Assembly (NCBI GenBank): GCA_963675595.2
Contig: CAXXLZ010000002.1
Span: 832,001-896,000, forward strand
DNA length: 64,000 bases
Source of the DNA: Thermodesulfobacteriota bacterium
GTDB taxonomy: Bacteria > Desulfobacterota > Desulfarculia > JACQYL01
Direction: 5' to 3'
Below are positions 60,934-64,000 of this stretch, in pieces. The notes beneath the pieces were generated by a model. That model was not told the DNA's origin. It was given only the letters and a program-made list of their open reading frames with translations, and did not search any database. Numbering within the stretch: position 1 is the stretch's first letter; each line of letters starts with the position of its first letter. The position numbers and the translations under genes were made by a program.

Positions 60934-63900
60934 CATTAAGAACGCTCCATTCCATACTCCTCGCACGAGCCTTTGAGAAAGTGCTCGGTCGGCCCGATTT
61001 CGGCACGATGGCCTTTGTGCGGTTTCTGATGCCTGGCGTAGTCGAATCTCTGGCACATACGACCGATTTTGCACCGGAAGGCTGGACGGTTAGGCGCGTG
61101 GCCGATGTCGATGACGAGCCGTCTCGGACGATCACCGCCGACCAGGCTGTCGAAATCCGCGAATCCAAGAGTGATCCAATTGTGTTGCTCGTTGACACAT
61201 CGCGAGCCGGCGCCGGAATGGACGGTATTTACAGTGCGGCCCGTGAGATCGACGAGGCGGGTCTATACAAGGAAGCGCTGCGGCTCGCTGCCCGCCAAAT
61301 CACCAACCAACAGAATAAGACGGCGCGTGAATTCGCCGAACGAGCGGTGAAGAAGGCTCGCGGGTTCGGGCGGCGGTACAGCGTCTCACCATGGCAGGAA
61401 TTCGATTATTACGTGCGTGTGGTGGCTGAGGAATGCCATCCGGGGGCACTGTTATGGCTGCTGGGCCTGTGGCCGGTATGTGTCGATGACGACGATCCAT
61501 ACAACGCCGACGCGCTCGATGTTGCGAGGTTATTCGTTGACCGTCTGCTGGGAGCGGCTACATCCGGTCAGGCCCCGTCACAGCGGATTGAATCCCTGCG
61601 ACTGCTCAGTCCGACGGACCAACAGCGGATCGATCTCGAACGATTTCTACATGCAGCCGCAACTCGCCCTCTGCTTACATCACTCGAGGACTTGGCCGCT
61701 TCCCGTCATCTGTGGGTTAATGAACTGAAGCTTGAGGGAGCGGCGCATGTTCTTCAAGCGATTGATTTAGTCCCATGGCGGACACGCCAGAACAAGCTGG
61801 CAAAATGGAGCGGGCTGATCGAAGAAGCGGAGGGCGATCCGCCTGTCCTGATCCTTGATCCCAAAGCAGACGCCAACGGGAATTATGCCAAGCTCGAAAT
61901 CCGCTGGACAACTCGTCCGGACAATCTTCTCAGAGACGCGGTGCAATATCAGGCAAAGATCATAACCGATATGGATGAGGAACTCGCATCTCGCGACGTA
62001 TTGCACTCTGGAAAAAAGGAAGAGAAGTGCCGATTTACCGATGATGACTTCTCGATGCTGAGCGACGACGCGCTGATCAATGCGAAGATCGTCGTGTCGG
62101 TAATCGGGGACGACGCGATTGATGAGCAGGAAAGCGACGAGTTCGTCATCCGCTTCGGCACGCCGCCAGATAAAGGCACCGGCGGCGTCGGTAAGATCAT
62201 GAGAACGTTCAGCGAGGGTCTGATCGAACTGGACGACCGCGACACGGTGACGGCACTCGCCTCGGCGACAGATTCGTTCCCGCTGGACTCGAAGGGATTT
62301 ATTGTACTGCGCACGCCGCAGCGTGGAAAGAGTTTCCGCGTGTTTCGCCCGCCTTTGCTTCACGAGGTGGAACAAGACTGGTCCGATCGGGCAGGACAAA
62401 TCGGCCGCTGGCGTGTGAAGGTAAGAGCATCCGGTGCTCGCGCCGGTATTCCAGAGTTTGTTCCGATCGAGCCAGATGGTTCTTCGTCAGGAACAGCTTG
62501 GCACTCCATATGGGAGCGTGCGACCACTGCCAGCCGACGCATGGCTGATCGGTTTCATAATTGCGGTGGCGGCGTGGGACAGGTTTATGACCAAAACGCC
62601 AAAGTTTTTGACACAGTCGTTAAAGAATACCTACTAGCCTGGACCGCGTTGTTGGATGTTGCTGACCCCGTGCTTGCCCTGGCCAATACCATTGAGATTC
62701 AGTCGCTGTCGGGACGTACGATCGGATTGATCGTGCTTCCGGCGCATACGATGCGCCTTGCATGGCACGTCGGATACGACAATCTGGTGCTTCATACGCG
62801 TTACGAACAAAGTGTAGCCACCAAACAGTTGCGGGACGAATTGAAATTTTTAGACGGGGCAGTGTTTCCGGCTTTCCTGCCGGGACTTCAACCTGGAAAG
62901 ACGTTTGTGTTCGCGGATACGCTGGGGTTTCATGTGGTAGGAATGGTGTCCGACGACGATTCGGAGCCGAAGGCCGCAATTGCGATCCTGGCAAGAGCGC
63001 TTGGCGAAAGTGAGTCGGCCGACTCCGCACCGACAGTTGGCAAACAGAGCGCCCAGATTCTGGGCAATGAAATCTTGAAGTACATCGAGTGCCACGACAC
63101 ATCGAAACTCCTGCACATTCATGCATTGCGACCGGGTGATGGTTTGACTGTCGCGAGAAGCCTGGGACACGTGCAGAAACGAAGCCGACGAGTTCCCACC
63201 GAAGACGAAGCCGACGGCGAACCACAGCAAACGGCTCCGTCGTTCGTGCTTGAGCTTTATCCCTCGGCAAGCCAGCGCGGCGTTGCCGGCCGGTTCATTG
63301 CTGAAGCTCGCGAAAGGCGACGCAGCGGTGCGGGCGTGGTTCTCGAAGAAGATCAATGGATGCTGGAATCAACCAGACTGCCCGGCGGAATGACGCTGCC
63401 ACGGTTGCGCTGGGCTCGCAAAGACGACCCCGACCCTCAATCCTCGGCTCACCTCGCCGTGGCGTTTGACACTTTTGAATCACGTGTTTCTTCCGAAGCA
63501 TTGGAAGGCACTGCAAGCAACCGACCATTCTTCGCGTTTGGTTTGATGTCTTTTTTTGAGCGTGATTACACCAGCGTTCCAACCCCGCTTTGGCGAAGCA
63601 TGGTGGTCGGTTCGACCGATGGTGAGAAGCACCCTGCAGATCGGACTCATACGGAAAGGCTCGTCAAGCTGCAGCAAGTAGTTGCCAAGTGCGTGGTGCG
63701 TCACCTGCGGGAAAACATTGGTGTGCCGGTCCTGCGGACTGAGATTCCGCAGGAAAAAGCTTATGGACTGCGAGAACTGCACCGTCTGTGCGACTGGGTC
63801 ATTACGCTCGATCGCAATGCGGGCATTGAGTATTTCGATTCCCCACGAGACAACCGGGACGTTTACGAAGCTTACGTCATCGACTGTGTTCCCGAGCGAG

Positions 63901-64000
63901 AAGATCTGGGCTGCCTGCAGCTAATCACCTCCACCAGCAATTTGGAGGAAGTGCGGAATCTCCTGGACGGCGCACTGGATCGCATGAGCCTTAGCCGAAG
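60930..64000 (+). CDS. large DptH/MAD8-like protein, 5' part (>1023 aa, runs off window)
   Basis: ATG at 60930 overlaps the upstream stop; MTLRTLHSILL...ITADQAVEIRESK...GMDGIYSAAREI; the same frame at the window end reads WVITLDRNAGIEYFD. The expected C-terminal ATPase is not visible. Confidence 0.65.
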   Translation, partial: MTLRTLHSILLARAFEKVLGRPDFGTMAFVRFLMPGVVESLAHTTDFAPEGWTVRRVADVDDEPSRTITADQAVEIRESKSDPIVLLVDTSRAGAGMDGIYSAAREIDEAGLYKEALRLAARQITNQQNKTAREFAERAVKKARGFGRRYSVSPWQEFDYYVRVVAEECHPGALLWLLGLWPVCVDDDDPYNADALDVARLFVDRLLGAATSGQAPSQRIESLRLLSPTDQQRIDLERFLHAAATRPLLTSLEDLAASRHLWVNELKLEGAAHVLQAIDLVPWRTRQNKLAKWSGLIEEAEGDPPVLILDPKADANGNYAKLEIRWTTRPDNLLRDAVQYQAKIITDMDEELASRDVLHSGKKEEKCRFTDDDFSMLSDDALINAKIVVSVIGDDAIDEQESDEFVIRFGTPPDKGTGGVGKIMRTFSEGLIELDDRDTVTALASATDSFPLDSKGFIVLRTPQRGKSFRVFRPPLLHEVEQDWSDRAGQIGRWRVKVRASGARAGIPEFVPIEPDGSSSGTAWHSIWERATTASRRMADRFHNCGGGVGQVYDQNAKVFDTVVKEYLLAWTALLDVADPVLALANTIEIQSLSGRTIGLIVLPAHTMRLAWHVGYDNLVLHTRYEQSVATKQLRDELKFLDGAVFPAFLPGLQPGKTFVFADTLGFHVVGMVSDDDSEPKAAIAILARALGESESADSAPTVGKQSAQILGNEILKYIECHDTSKLLHIHALRPGDGLTVARSLGHVQKRSRRVPTEDEADGEPQQTAPSFVLELYPSASQRGVAGRFIAEARERRRSGAGVVLEEDQWMLESTRLPGGMTLPRLRWARKDDPDPQSSAHLAVAFDTFESRVSSEALEGTASNRPFFAFGLMSFFERDYTSVPTPLWRSMVVGSTDGEKHPADRTHTERLVKLQQVVAKCVVRHLRENIGVPVLRTEIPQEKAYGLRELHRLCDWVITLDRNAGIEYFDSPRDNRDVYEAYVIDCVPEREDLGCLQLITSTSNLEEVRNLLDGALDRMSLSR

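Larger units (their letters stand above)
36070..64000. mobile_element. tRNA-Val-integrated genomic island (right boundary not seen; possibly composite)
   Basis: Integrase ends 85 nt from the tRNA 3' end; housekeeping genes stop; AT-rich spacers appear; cargo is defence- and signalling-type. No convincing attR copy found in the window. Confidence 0.8.

Noticed and set aside
36070-64000. CRISPR array or type III-E cas genes accompanying the CHAT protease
   Set aside because: No repeat-spacer periodicity and no Cas-like ORF seen; the repeats at 43-45 kb are 126-nt in-frame TPR units.
36070-64000. attR duplicate of the tRNA-Val 3' end
   Set aside because: No convincing copy of GGTTCGAATCCTGTCCCGCCTACCA seen; the island end is probably outside the window or decayed.

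Overview
Bacterial chromosomal window, probably from a Desulfobacterota (deltaproteobacterial) genome; this is inferred from gene order and repeat types, not from a search. The left ~36 kb is host backbone: two Hsp20 genes, cbiC/cbiF, a GlgE-type glycogen/trehalose cluster (glgE, treS-mak fusion, glgB, treZ, GH57, glgM-like), some accessory genes, rph, tig-clpP-clpX-lon and four tRNAs (Arg-CCG, Pro-TGG, Leu-TAG, Val-TAC). Directly after tRNA-Val a tyrosine-integrase island begins and runs past the right edge. It holds five parts: (i) a leftward int/xis/HerA-like ATPase backbone with no recognisable capsid or T4SS genes; (ii) a divergent rightward trio of an ECF-sigma-like protein, a soluble anti-sigma-like protein and a TPR-CHAT protease with an intact His-Cys dyad, with no CRISPR genes in the window; (iii) two secreted caspase-PEGA-FGE/C-lectin proteins whose 3' ends look like DGR variable regions, with no template repeat or reverse transcriptase in the window; (iv) decayed XRE and hsdM remnants; (v) a NERD-kinase-ATPase / DptG-like / DptH-like trio resembling MADS mad6-8 or DndFGH. 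The best candidate for an undescribed system is the sigma / anti-sigma / CHAT trio, which sits at the island's divergent switch position. All family calls come from reading motifs by eye; no HMM or database search was run.
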